The notes beneath the pieces are model-generated. The model saw only the letters and a program-made list of their open reading frames with translations. It did no database searches and was not told the origin of the DNA. Positions 35,669 to 45,594 of a stretch of 64,000 nt of DNA are shown here, piece by piece. The stretch comes from Acidobacteriota bacterium (GTDB taxonomy: Bacteria > Acidobacteriota > CAIWXX01). The position numbers and the translations under genes were made by a program. The stretch is from NCBI GenBank assembly GCA_040755995.1, contig JBFMAF010000049.1, positions 157,519-221,518 of the forward strand, written 5' to 3'. Numbering within the stretch: position 1 is the stretch's first letter; every line of letters begins with the position of its first letter.

Positions 35669-38230
35669 ATGCCTGATCAGATGGACTACGGGGTCCTGCG
35701 CCGGACGGTGGTCGCGCTCGCCTTTGTGACGACTGCTGTCGCCGCAGAATCGCCCGAGCGACGCGGCCTGGATGCCCTGAAGGCCGGCGACAAGGCTCAT
35801 GACAGCGCCCATTTCGACCTGGCGGTGAAGGAGTATCAGAAGGCCCTCGCGATCTTCCAGTCTGCCGGATTGGAGGACCGCGTCGGGCAGGTGAGACTCC
35901 ACACAAGCATTCTCTACTACAACCTGGGGCAGCTCGACCGCGCCGAGCGCGCGGCCAACGAGGCCCTGGCCGTAGGAGAGAAATACCCCGAGAAACTCTG
36001 GACCGTCACCGCACAGGCGCTCATGATTCTGGGCAACATCAGCTTCGATCGCGGCAGAAATGCCGATGCCCTGGATTTCTATCAGAAGGCGGGTGACATC
36101 TCCGACGCCCACGGCAGCCGATCGTTCCGTGCCCGGGTCAACTACGAGATCGGGTTCTGGTACTGGAGCAACGGAGAGTACCGCAAGGCGATCGAGTACT
36201 GCGAGAGATGCCTCAAGCAGGGCGAGGCTCTGAAGAACGACGACCTCCAGGCCGACGGGCTGATCGCTCTCGGCAACATCTACCTCGAGCTCAACCAGTA
36301 CCGCCAGTCGCGCGACCACTTCGAACGCGCCCTCGAAATCACGACCAAGGAAGACGATCCATACAACATGGCTGTTGTCTATGACGGTCTGGCCTTTCTA
36401 TACAGCTCATTGCAGGACTACGACAAGGCCATGAACATACGGCTCTCATCCATGCGCAACGCAGAGCGAGTGGGAAGCGAGAAGCTCCTCGGTGAGGTCT
36501 ACGAGAGTGTGGCCCACGAGTACCTCACTCAGAACGACCTCGCCCGGGCCGAGAGGTACGCCGAGAAGGCGGAGTTCTACTCGAAGAAGACCCAGCAGGA
36601 ACAGAACCTGGTGTGGGTTTACCAGGATTTGACGCTGCTGCGCAGCAGGCAAGGCAGGCATGCGGATGCGATTGCGGCAGGGAAGAGCGGCCTGCGGCTC
36701 GCGAAGCAGCGAAACGACCTGGAGCAGATCTGGGGCACCTACGGCCTCCTCGGTGATGCAATGAAGGCCGCAGGCGACCAGCAAGGTGCACTGGCCTGCT
36801 ACCTGAGCGCCATCGAAACCATAGAGGCAGGGCGCACGGCTATCCGGCAGGTCGGGCAAAGGTCAGCCTACATGACCAACAAGCAGAGCGTTTACGGCAA
36901 TGCAGCGGCCCTGCTGGTGCAGACAGGAAGAACCGACGATGCGTTCCTCGTATCCGAGAAGTACCGCTCCCGAGCCTTTCTCGAGATGCTGCAGCACCCG
37001 AGTCTGGAGTCTCGCCCGCAGCTACAGAGCGACCCGCTGCTGCAGGCCTTCTTCTTCCCTAGGTTCACAGGGGTACGGGACGTACAGCGCGACATTCTCG
37101 GCGAGCACGAAGCCTTCGTCGAGTACCTGGCCGGGCAGGATCGCGTCCTCGGGATACTGATCTTGAAAGATCGGGTCATCGCAAAGGATCTCGGCCCGCG
37201 CATTCCGATCGAGCGCAGGATCGAGCGATACCTGGAGTTCCTCTCGCAGGATGCACCTGTTTTCGAAGGCAAGACGGGCGGGCGAACACTCTACAACGAG
37301 CTGCTCGAGCCGCTGCTTCCCCCAGACCACGCCCCCCTGGCTCGCCTCGTAGTATCCCCCGATTCGATTCTGCACTTGCTGCCGTTCGAGACGCTGGTGG
37401 CTCCGGACGGGCGCTTCCTGATCCAGGACACGGTGGTCTCGTATGCCTCGTCCGCGACCATTCTGCGAAAGCTCGATGAGCGCAGAAGAGAGGCCGAACC
37501 GCTGCGCCTGGTCGCGGTGGCGAATCCGGAGGAGGTGCAGGAGGACGACCTGTCGGCGGATTTGCCATACTCCATAAAAGAGGTCGAAGCCGTCGGTTCG
37601 TTCTTCGGCCCGTTGCGAGTCATTCTCACGGGCCGGGACGCCACCAGAGAGAATTTCTTCAGGCAGGACCTCTCACAGCCCACCGTCTTCCACTTTGCCA
37701 CTCACACAATCATCGATGAGAACGACCCGTTGCGCAGCAGGATCGTCATGCACGCCGAGTCCGAGAGCGGCGATCTCATGTTCAACGATCTGCTTGGGAA
37801 GAAGTGGATCTCGCCGATGGCCGTATTGTCCGCGTGCGGGAGCGGCCGCGGCCGAATCGTGCGCGGCGAAGGGCTGGACGGCTTTTCCCGCAGCCTCTTC
37901 TATTCCGGCGTGAACTCGCTGGTCGTGACTCTGTGGAATGTCGAGGACGAGAGTGCGTATGTGCTGATGCACGAGTTCTATCGCGCGCTGGCCGAAGGGC
38001 TGCCGATCGACCAGAGCCTCCGCCTGGCCAAGCTCGCTCGCATAGACCAGCACCCCGCGCGGTGGGCTGCGTTCGTGTGCTCGGGCGTCTCAGATGAGAC
38101 CCTGTTCGGGCACGAGCGAACAACACAACGATTGTGGTGGTCTCTCATCATCGGGCTCGGCCTGATCGCTGCCGCCGCTGCCGTTCTCGCGGTCTATCGG
38201 AAGCCCAAACGCCTCGACATCACGCTCTGA
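35669..38230 (+). CDS. TPR-CHAT (caspase-HetF-associated) protease with signal peptide and C-terminal TM
   Basis: TPR array; LHLLPFETL, VFHFATH (His), VLSACGSG (Cys), VVTLWNVED, WAAF; hydrophobic termini. Start approximate. Confidence 0.9.
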   Translation: MPDQMDYGVLRRTVVALAFVTTAVAAESPERRGLDALKAGDKAHDSAHFDLAVKEYQKALAIFQSAGLEDRVGQVRLHTSILYYNLGQLDRAERAANEALAVGEKYPEKLWTVTAQALMILGNISFDRGRNADALDFYQKAGDISDAHGSRSFRARVNYEIGFWYWSNGEYRKAIEYCERCLKQGEALKNDDLQADGLIALGNIYLELNQYRQSRDHFERALEITTKEDDPYNMAVVYDGLAFLYSSLQDYDKAMNIRLSSMRNAERVGSEKLLGEVYESVAHEYLTQNDLARAERYAEKAEFYSKKTQQEQNLVWVYQDLTLLRSRQGRHADAIAAGKSGLRLAKQRNDLEQIWGTYGLLGDAMKAAGDQQGALACYLSAIETIEAGRTAIRQVGQRSAYMTNKQSVYGNAAALLVQTGRTDDAFLVSEKYRSRAFLEMLQHPSLESRPQLQSDPLLQAFFFPRFTGVRDVQRDILGEHEAFVEYLAGQDRVLGILILKDRVIAKDLGPRIPIERRIERYLEFLSQDAPVFEGKTGGRTLYNELLEPLLPPDHAPLARLVVSPDSILHLLPFETLVAPDGRFLIQDTVVSYASSATILRKLDERRREAEPLRLVAVANPEEVQEDDLSADLPYSIKEVEAVGSFFGPLRVILTGRDATRENFFRQDLSQPTVFHFATHTIIDENDPLRSRIVMHAESESGDLMFNDLLGKKWISPMAVLSACGSGRGRIVRGEGLDGFSRSLFYSGVNSLVVTLWNVEDESAYVLMHEFYRALAEGLPIDQSLRLAKLARIDQHPARWAAFVCSGVSDETLFGHERTTQRLWWSLIIGLGLIAAAAAVLAVYRKPKRLDITL

Positions 38231-38459
38231 TCGCAAACCGAGATCACGAAACGCCGCGGAATCGGCAGAGCACTCGATGCTCACGCCGCAGTTAGGGCGC
38301 ACGCCGTGCGCCCCTGCAACCCCTGCAGGGCTTCCCAAGTGGCACCACGAGATTGTGGTCCCTGAGCAGAGGGAGCTGCTTGCATGCTTCAGTCATCTTG
38401 AAATCGAACTATCCCGGGGCTATAGTGGTCCGCACGCGGGCGTTTTCTGGATCGAGGTT

Positions 38460-40286
38460 ATGACGGCTGGACGATTCCCCTCACCCTTTGAAGTGGCTGT
38501 GCCGCCTGGCGCCGAGCACTGGGAGGAGCTCTACCCGTACTATCACGTATTCAGCCCCGAGCGGCGTGAGTATGAAGAGGGCAAGTTCTGGTATCAGGAC
38601 AGCCTGCACCATCCCGAGCCGTTGTACCCATTCGACGCGATCACGGCGGAGAGCTGGTGGGTCGGACTGGGCCAGTACAACTCGAGGGTCTTCCAGCTAC
38701 CGACCGCACTGGGGCTCGACCAGCGAATCCTGTGCGGGTACCTCTACGTGAGTCCCAATGCAGTGACCGACCCTGACCAGATCGACGCTCGCACGCGGCA
38801 GTTCCGGGAGCGGGCGGGATACTACTACGAGCATTGGGACGAGCTCTCGGCCAGATGGGTCGACAAGGTTCGGACGGTGATCGACGAGCTGCAGGCGGTC
38901 GAGGTACCGGTACTGCCGGAGATCGAAGACGCGGAAATGGTCACTGGTGCCCGGGGCCTCACCAGCGCGTACTACCTGCTCCGGGCCTACGATCAACTGA
39001 TCGACAGCATGCACAAGATATGGCACTACCACTTCGAGCTGCTCAATCTGGGCTACACCGCCTACCTTGCCTTCTTCGAATTCTGCAAGAAGGCCTTTCC
39101 GGACATCCCCGACCAGAACATCGCGAGAATGGTCTCGGGCATCGACGTCATCCTCTTCCGGCCGGACGACGAGCTCAAGCGCCTGGCCCGGCTCGCGCTG
39201 TCGCTCGGGCTCGCGCCGCTCCTTCTTGAGACCACTGCGCCCGAGGAGCTCTTTCGCAGGATGGGTCAGACGGATTCCGGACGGAGATGGGCAAGCGAAT
39301 TCGAGGAATCCAAACACCCTTGGTTCAATTTCTCGCTCGGCAGCGGCTTCGACCACACGCACGGAAGCTGGGTGGATGATCTGTCGGTGCCGCTGAAGTC
39401 GATCCGCGATTACATCGGCAAGCTGGAAGCTGGGCTGGACATCAGCCGGCCGCTGGAAGCACTGCGCCAGGAGCGCGATCGCATCGCTGCGGAGTACGCC
39501 GATCTGCTCCCCGTCGAGCACGATCGTGCGGCGTTCCGCGAGCTGCTGGCGTTGGCGCGCCGCGTCTTCCCGTACATCGAGAACCACAATTTCTACGTCG
39601 AACACTGGCACCACACGGTCTTCTGGCGGAAGATGCGAGACACAGGCAGGCTGCTTTCGGCTCATAGATTCCTGGGCGAAGCGGACGACATTTTCTTCCT
39701 CAACCGGTTCGAGGTGGGACAGGCCCTTTATGACCTGGTCGCCTCTTGGGCCGCCGGAAGCCCGTCGCGCGGTGAGAGATTCTGGCCCGATCGGATCAGA
39801 CACCGGAAGGCGGTCTACGAGGTGCTGAGGCGCTGGTCGCCGCCCCCGGCCCTCGGGCTGCCCCCGGGCATCGTAACCGAGCCTCTCACCATCATGCTCT
39901 GGGGTATCACCAGCGAACGAATCCAAGGCTGGCTGCAACGGCCCGGAGGTGTCGGCGACGGGCTGGAGCTTTCCGGGTCGCCCGCCTCTCCCGGTGTGGT
40001 CGAAGGCCCTGCACGCATTCTGACCAGTGTCTCGGGCATAAAGACTCTGCTGCCCGGAGAAATCCTTGTCTGCACCTGTACGACTCCGGGTTGGACTCCG
40101 GCCTTCGCGCACGTCAAGGCCGTAGTTACCGACGTGGGTGGAATGATGTCTCATGCCGCAATCGTGTGCCGCGAGTACGGCGTACCCTCGGTCGTCGGGA
40201 CGCGCACGGCGACGAAGACATTCAGGAACGGACAGCGACTCCTCGTCGACGGCACACGAGGTGTTATTCGCGCGCTCGAGTCGTGA
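38460..40286 (+). CDS. Phenylphosphate synthase subunit A-like protein (substrate-binding plus PEP-utiliser mobile His domain)
   Basis: WEELYPYY, HHPEPLYPFD, YHFELLNLGY, ENHNFYVEHW; C-terminal VTDVGGMMSHAAIVCREYG phospho-His motif. Resembles my recollection of Thauera PpsA. Confidence 0.85.
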   Translation: MTAGRFPSPFEVAVPPGAEHWEELYPYYHVFSPERREYEEGKFWYQDSLHHPEPLYPFDAITAESWWVGLGQYNSRVFQLPTALGLDQRILCGYLYVSPNAVTDPDQIDARTRQFRERAGYYYEHWDELSARWVDKVRTVIDELQAVEVPVLPEIEDAEMVTGARGLTSAYYLLRAYDQLIDSMHKIWHYHFELLNLGYTAYLAFFEFCKKAFPDIPDQNIARMVSGIDVILFRPDDELKRLARLALSLGLAPLLLETTAPEELFRRMGQTDSGRRWASEFEESKHPWFNFSLGSGFDHTHGSWVDDLSVPLKSIRDYIGKLEAGLDISRPLEALRQERDRIAAEYADLLPVEHDRAAFRELLALARRVFPYIENHNFYVEHWHHTVFWRKMRDTGRLLSAHRFLGEADDIFFLNRFEVGQALYDLVASWAAGSPSRGERFWPDRIRHRKAVYEVLRRWSPPPALGLPPGIVTEPLTIMLWGITSERIQGWLQRPGGVGDGLELSGSPASPGVVEGPARILTSVSGIKTLLPGEILVCTCTTPGWTPAFAHVKAVVTDVGGMMSHAAIVCREYGVPSVVGTRTATKTFRNGQRLLVDGTRGVIRALES

Positions 40287-40291
40287 GGCTC

Positions 40292-42085
40292 ATGGCCAAC
40301 GGACCGTACGTCGTCTGGCTTCGGGAGCGCGCTGGCTGCGACCCGGAGCTGGTAGGTGGAAAATGCGCCAACCTTGGTGAGCTGATCCGCGACGCGATGC
40401 CCGTGCCGCCGGCCTTCGCCATAGCCATACCAGCCTTCCAGGATCATGTGACAGAAAACGGTCTGGGCCCGCAGATTCGCCAGACACTTTCGAGCGTGGA
40501 CAGCACGGCAGATCTGGAGACGGCGAGCGCGGCAAGCGACCTTATCCGCCAGCTTGTGACGGCCGCGCCGGTCCCGGGCAGAATCGCAGAGGCCGTTGCA
40601 GACGCCTACCGGCGGCTCTGTCGCGAGTGCGATCAACCGGAGATCCGGGTGGCGGTGCGGTCGAGCGCATGCGTGGAAGACATGCCTCGGGCCACGCTCG
40701 CGGGACAGCAGGAGTCCTTCCTCTGGGTGCGCGGCGTGCCGCACCTGCTCGATGCGATGACAAGATGCTGGTGCAGCCTCTTCACCTCGCGAGCCATGCT
40801 CTACCGGCACCGCATGGGGATCTACTACCGAAAGCTGCGGATCGGCGTCGGCATCCAGCAGATGGTCGACGCGCGAGTCGCCGGGATCATGTTTACCCTG
40901 GATCCGTCCAACGGCGATCGTTCCAAGATAGCGATCGAAGCGAGCCACGGGCTCGGCCAGAGGCTCGTCGCAGGCGAGGTGACTCCGGACCGATTCCTCG
41001 TCGACAAGGTCACGCTTTCCGTTGTTCGCCGGACGGTGTCCGACGAGCAGGCCCAGACCTGCCTGATCGAGGATGAGGCGGTGGAGCTCTCACGCCTGGC
41101 GCGGCGCATTGAGAAGAAAAACCTCGTACCTCAGGACATCGAATGGGCGATCGCCCGCCAGGGGACACTTCCAGGTAATATCGCCATTCTGCAGAGCCGT
41201 CCCGAGACCGCGTGGGTTCGCCGCGTTCCGGCGCCGATTATTCCGCCTCTGTCGAGCGCCCTTGACTATGTCGTCGCGCTCGTCTCGCCGGCCGCCGGTC
41301 TCTCCGCGTCCTCCCGGATCGCCGCACCGCCGCGATCCCGCGGTGACGGACGAAGAGCCACAGTGGCGGCATACATGATGCGCCACGGTGAAGTCCGGGG
41401 GCATCAGGCCGATCTCGAGCTCACGGCGGCGGGACGGGAACAGGCATGGCGAGGCGCTCGATTCATCGCTGCGCATATCGCCGCCGGCGACACCGTGTTC
41501 ATCTGCTACTCACCAGTGAGGCGGGCCAGACAGACGGCCGAGCTGGTGGCGGCCGGCCTCGCCGGCGAGATGGCGGCCTCAGGGCGCGCGTCGAGCGTCA
41601 TCATTTGCGACCCGCAGCCGGATGAAGCCTTGTTCAATGGGAGATTCATCCTGACGCCGGGACGCGAACCGCGCGAGCCGGCCTCGGCATACGCAGATAC
41701 CACGGACACGGCGATTCTAGACGGCATCCCGTTCGAGCGCGCGGAATTCTTCCGTGGGTTCTGGGCCAGCCAGGATCCCATGGGATACTGGCTGACGCGC
41801 GACAGCGCCGGCGCGGCAGAGCCGCCCTCACTGGTTCTCGATCGCGTGCGGGAACGCCTCAAGGGCATTCTCGCATCCCCGGCGCGAATCGCCGGCCGGA
41901 CTTCGCACTGGGTCCTCGTAACGCACTCCGGTACGATGCGAGTCGTTGTACGCGAGGCGTTTGGAGAGGACCCGGGAGAACCCGAGTTCGGCGAAATCCT
42001 GTACCTGGAGGACAGCGCGCAATCCTCCCTGGCGAAGCTCACGTGTCGCGATCGCAAGGCCTTCTTCCGAGTCGACAATGGATGA
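40292..42085 (+). CDS. PPDK/PEPS N-terminal ATP-grasp domain (PpsB-like) fused to a histidine phosphatase domain
   Basis: VGGKCANLGEL, VAVRSSA..ED..AGQQE, QDIEWA, LQSRPET; then MRHGE, LTAAGREQA, SPVRRARQTA, LVTHSG. Confidence 0.85.
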   Translation: MANGPYVVWLRERAGCDPELVGGKCANLGELIRDAMPVPPAFAIAIPAFQDHVTENGLGPQIRQTLSSVDSTADLETASAASDLIRQLVTAAPVPGRIAEAVADAYRRLCRECDQPEIRVAVRSSACVEDMPRATLAGQQESFLWVRGVPHLLDAMTRCWCSLFTSRAMLYRHRMGIYYRKLRIGVGIQQMVDARVAGIMFTLDPSNGDRSKIAIEASHGLGQRLVAGEVTPDRFLVDKVTLSVVRRTVSDEQAQTCLIEDEAVELSRLARRIEKKNLVPQDIEWAIARQGTLPGNIAILQSRPETAWVRRVPAPIIPPLSSALDYVVALVSPAAGLSASSRIAAPPRSRGDGRRATVAAYMMRHGEVRGHQADLELTAAGREQAWRGARFIAAHIAAGDTVFICYSPVRRARQTAELVAAGLAGEMAASGRASSVIICDPQPDEALFNGRFILTPGREPREPASAYADTTDTAILDGIPFERAEFFRGFWASQDPMGYWLTRDSAGAAEPPSLVLDRVRERLKGILASPARIAGRTSHWVLVTHSGTMRVVVREAFGEDPGEPEFGEILYLEDSAQSSLAKLTCRDRKAFFRVDNG

Positions 42086-42191
42086 TTCGCGGCGACGCTA
42101 CTCTCTACATGAGGCGCGGCGCACACGGCCTCGCATATGCAGCGCGACTCATGTCGTGCTGTGTAGTTCACCGGTCCGAGGCCGCGCCTGG

Positions 42192-45100
42192 CTAAGCTCT
42201 GGGCGAGTCCAGCACCTCGCGCACCTTGCGTGCGAGGCCCTCCAGGTCGAAAGGTTTCTGAAGAAAGTGCATTCCTTCCTCCATGACCCCGTGCCGGATT
42301 ACTGCGTCGTCCGTGTGGCCTGACGTGTAGAGGACCTTCATATCCGGGCGTGCAGCTGAAATCCGTTCGGCGAGTTCCCTGCCGCTCATTCCTGGCATCA
42401 CCACGTCGGTCAGCATGAGATGGATTGATCCTGCGTAACGGGAGCTCAGGTTGATGGCCTCTTCGCCGCTCCCCGCCTCCAGCACCTGGTAGCCGCTTAT
42501 CTCGAGGATCTCGCGCACGACCGGCCTGAGGGCGGGCTCGTCCTCGACCACCAGGATTGTCTCGACTGCGCGTGAGACAGTGGGTGGCGGAGGCGGCGTT
42601 TCTGCGATCTCGGCCGCCTTCTCTGCAAACGGGAAGTGAATCTCCACCGTTGTTCCCTTGCCCAGGTCGCTGCGGACGTTGATTGCACCTCCACTCTGTC
42701 GCACGATGCCGTAGACTGTAGAAAGCCCGAGGCCAGTGCCTCTACCCCTCTCCTTCGTCGTGAAGAAGGGCTCGAAGAGCCGAGACAGTGTCTGCTTGTC
42801 CATTCCGCAGCCCGTGTCAGACACAGTCATCCTGACGTATTGGCCGGGCCCGATATCCGAGCGCTGGCCGATGAGGGGCTGGGTTAGAGACACCACGGCG
42901 GTTGTGATGGTCACCCTGCCGCCAGCCGACATCGAGTCACGCGAGTTCAGCAGCAAGTTCACGATGACCTGCTCGATCTGGCCCGGATCCGCTCGGATCC
43001 ACCCGATCTGTTCGGACTTCCTGATGACGATCTCGACACTCTCTCCGACCAGCGACCGTAACATGCTCTCCAGCTGTGTCAGTACGGTGTTGAGGTCGAG
43101 CACCTTGAGCTCGATCACCTGCTTGCGGCTGAAGGCCAGCAGCTGCCGTGTGAGAGATGCGGCCCGCTCACCGGCCTTCTGAATCTCCTCGGCTGCCTTG
43201 CGCAGGGGATGACGAGCATCCAGGGACCGGATCTGCTGCGCGCTGTAGTTCAGGATCACGGTGAGGAGATTATTGAAGTCGTGCGCCACACCTCCGGCCA
43301 GCTGCCCAATGGCCTCCATCTTCTGCGACAGGCGGAGCTGTTCTTCCAGCTGCTTCCGCTCGGTGATGTCACGCGCTATGCCCTCCACTGCCACCAGCTC
43401 GCCGGCCGAATCGCGGACCGGCACATTGCGGTGCTCCATCCACACGACACTTCCGTCCCCGTGAATCCAGCGCAATGTCACCGGCGAGTCGGGATCGATG
43501 GCGGTGGTCCCCTCGAGGTGTCGCCTGTCCTCTGAGTGGATCAGACGGAATACCAGGTCAGGATCGGCGTAGAACTCGGCAGGAGTGTAGCCCATTGTGG
43601 TCGTGAGCGACGGGCTGATGTATTCGAACCCACGATTGGGGGTCAGGCAGTACTTGTAGATGACGTCACGCGCGTTCTCGGCGAGCATTCGGAAGCGGCT
43701 CTCGCTGTTGCTCAACGCCGCCTCCGTGCGGAGCCGGTCGATTGCGGTTGCGAGCTGCCCGGCGAAGGTCGTGAGAAGACGCAGGTCGGCGTCATCGAAG
43801 GCTCTTGACTCGGCTCGCGTGGCGGAAATCACCCCGATTGCGCGATCACCGACCTTCAGCGGCACGCAGAGCTCGCAATACTCCGCAGCCTCAGCCGTCA
43901 CGGCTCCCGTGCCGGCCGCATCCGGCAAGCGCCTCGGTTGGCCGTCCGAGACGACGAGCTCCTGGAGGCTGCTGCCTGGAATGCCATGCCGGCTCCAGTC
44001 CTCCTGACGGCCTCCGGAGGCAGGGTGAAGGCGCAGGCCGCCTGTCTTCTCATCCAGGAGGAACACGCCAAAGCGTTCCGGGTACAGAATCGCAGTGACT
44101 TCCCGCACCGCGCGGTCGATGAGCGCATCCTCGGATCTTTCCACCGTGCCCGCCCTGGCCACCGCATGCAGCACGACCAGCTCATCGCGGTGCCTCCGAG
44201 TGGCCTCGAAACGCCGCGCGTTCTGAATGGCGATTCCTGCCTGCCGTCCAATGGACTCGGCTAGCGCCAGATCGCGTTGCGAGAAGCGGCGACTCGCATC
44301 CAGGCTGAAGAAACCCAGAGCTCCGATTCGCTCGTCGCCCGCGACGACAGGCACGCTGATAAAACCATGGACGCCCGCTTCCAGCCACCGTGGCAGAGCG
44401 CTAGGATGATTCCGGTAATCGTCCAGAATCAGCGACCGGCCGGTCTCGACACAGTACCATGCGACCCCCTTGCCGCGCGGCGTGGGATGCAGCTGCAATC
44501 CTGGAGGCAGATTGAACAGATATGGATAGGTGATCTGCCGGCGGTCGGTGGACACGAGCGCGAGAGCTCCACCTTGCGACCCGACCAGCTCGGAGCCCAG
44601 TCGCACCACGGAAATCAACACCGAAGGAAGATCCAGGGTGCCGCTGATTGCACGCGCCACCTCGTGCAGGCGTTGCTCGTGCTCGAGCTCGTTCATTCGA
44701 GCCCGGTCGATCGCCAGGCCTATCAGGTCGGCCACAGCGCTCAGCAACCTCAGCTCGCCCTCAGCAAACAACCCGCCCTCGGGGGGGCTCAGGTTCAAGC
44801 ACCCGAGGTTCCGGCCGGCCGCGCGAACAGGCACTGAGAAATGCTCGTAGAAACGCTGCGCGCCGGAAGTAACCCGGCTCATGAGCTCGCATGTGACGAC
44901 GGATGGCGCCGAATCGGCAGGATCCGAGTGCAGCAATTCGATGCACCGGCATGAGCCGGCTACCGCATCCTGGCAGTTCTGCCGTATCTCGCGAGGCAGC
45001 TGCTGCCCTGCAGCGAGTCTCCGCCGCATCGGGCTCAACTCCAGGATCACCCACCCCCAGTCCGAGCCCACGAGTCTCAGAATCGGCGCCAGGCTCCGAT

Positions 45101-45248
45101 CCAGCACCTCGTCCAGCTCGCCAGTGCAGCTCAGGCTTTCGATAACCTTGTGCAGGAGAGCGACCGTCTCCGATTCCGCGGGGTCCGGTCTGGGGGGCGA
45201 ACGATCCGGGCGATCCCTATGCTGCTTGTCTTGCCCGGGAGTTTCCAC
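42192..45248 (-). CDS. Cytoplasmic hybrid histidine kinase (3 GAF-PAS-HisKA-HATPase-REC)
   Basis: Three GAF-like units (SVPV..G.L), PAS/PAC, AHDFNNLL, EPFFTTK, C-terminal REC; no TM seen. Confidence 0.92.
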   Translation of the reverse strand: METPGQDKQHRDRPDRSPPRPDPAESETVALLHKVIESLSCTGELDEVLDRSLAPILRLVGSDWGWVILELSPMRRRLAAGQQLPREIRQNCQDAVAGSCRCIELLHSDPADSAPSVVTCELMSRVTSGAQRFYEHFSVPVRAAGRNLGCLNLSPPEGGLFAEGELRLLSAVADLIGLAIDRARMNELEHEQRLHEVARAISGTLDLPSVLISVVRLGSELVGSQGGALALVSTDRRQITYPYLFNLPPGLQLHPTPRGKGVAWYCVETGRSLILDDYRNHPSALPRWLEAGVHGFISVPVVAGDERIGALGFFSLDASRRFSQRDLALAESIGRQAGIAIQNARRFEATRRHRDELVVLHAVARAGTVERSEDALIDRAVREVTAILYPERFGVFLLDEKTGGLRLHPASGGRQEDWSRHGIPGSSLQELVVSDGQPRRLPDAAGTGAVTAEAAEYCELCVPLKVGDRAIGVISATRAESRAFDDADLRLLTTFAGQLATAIDRLRTEAALSNSESRFRMLAENARDVIYKYCLTPNRGFEYISPSLTTTMGYTPAEFYADPDLVFRLIHSEDRRHLEGTTAIDPDSPVTLRWIHGDGSVVWMEHRNVPVRDSAGELVAVEGIARDITERKQLEEQLRLSQKMEAIGQLAGGVAHDFNNLLTVILNYSAQQIRSLDARHPLRKAAEEIQKAGERAASLTRQLLAFSRKQVIELKVLDLNTVLTQLESMLRSLVGESVEIVIRKSEQIGWIRADPGQIEQVIVNLLLNSRDSMSAGGRVTITTAVVSLTQPLIGQRSDIGPGQYVRMTVSDTGCGMDKQTLSRLFEPFFTTKERGRGTGLGLSTVYGIVRQSGGAINVRSDLGKGTTVEIHFPFAEKAAEIAETPPPPPTVSRAVETILVVEDEPALRPVVREILEISGYQVLEAGSGEEAINLSSRYAGSIHLMLTDVVMPGMSGRELAERISAARPDMKVLYTSGHTDDAVIRHGVMEEGMHFLQKPFDLEGLARKVREVLDSPRA

Positions 45249-45518
45249 TAATTACTTCCACCCGTTTCTGACGCGCCGCTTGCTGGATGCTTAGCTCGCC
45301 CGTCCTCCACGCTCGGTCGGCCCACGCGCCAGATGCCGACCAACATGCCCGCCCCCCCGAAGCACTGGCTGCCGACGACCCGGGCAACCTCACGATCATC
45401 AAGATGAGATCGTACCGGCTGCCACTGCTCCTGTCAAACCGATACGAGGCGTCGGCGCGGGCTGGATAATACCTGCGGGTACACGGGTTCGCAACTCCGC
45501 GGATGGATATCCCCGTGC

Positions 45519-45554
45519 GTGGACGTTGACGCAGACGTTCACGTCTGCGTTTAC
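45519..45554 (+). repeat. GTNNAC-type hexamer array
   Basis: gtggac gttgac gcagac gttcac gtctgc gtttac. Confidence 0.75.
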
Positions 45555-45594
45555 GGGTGCAAAGGCGACGCGGTCCGTACTGCCGAACTACCCC

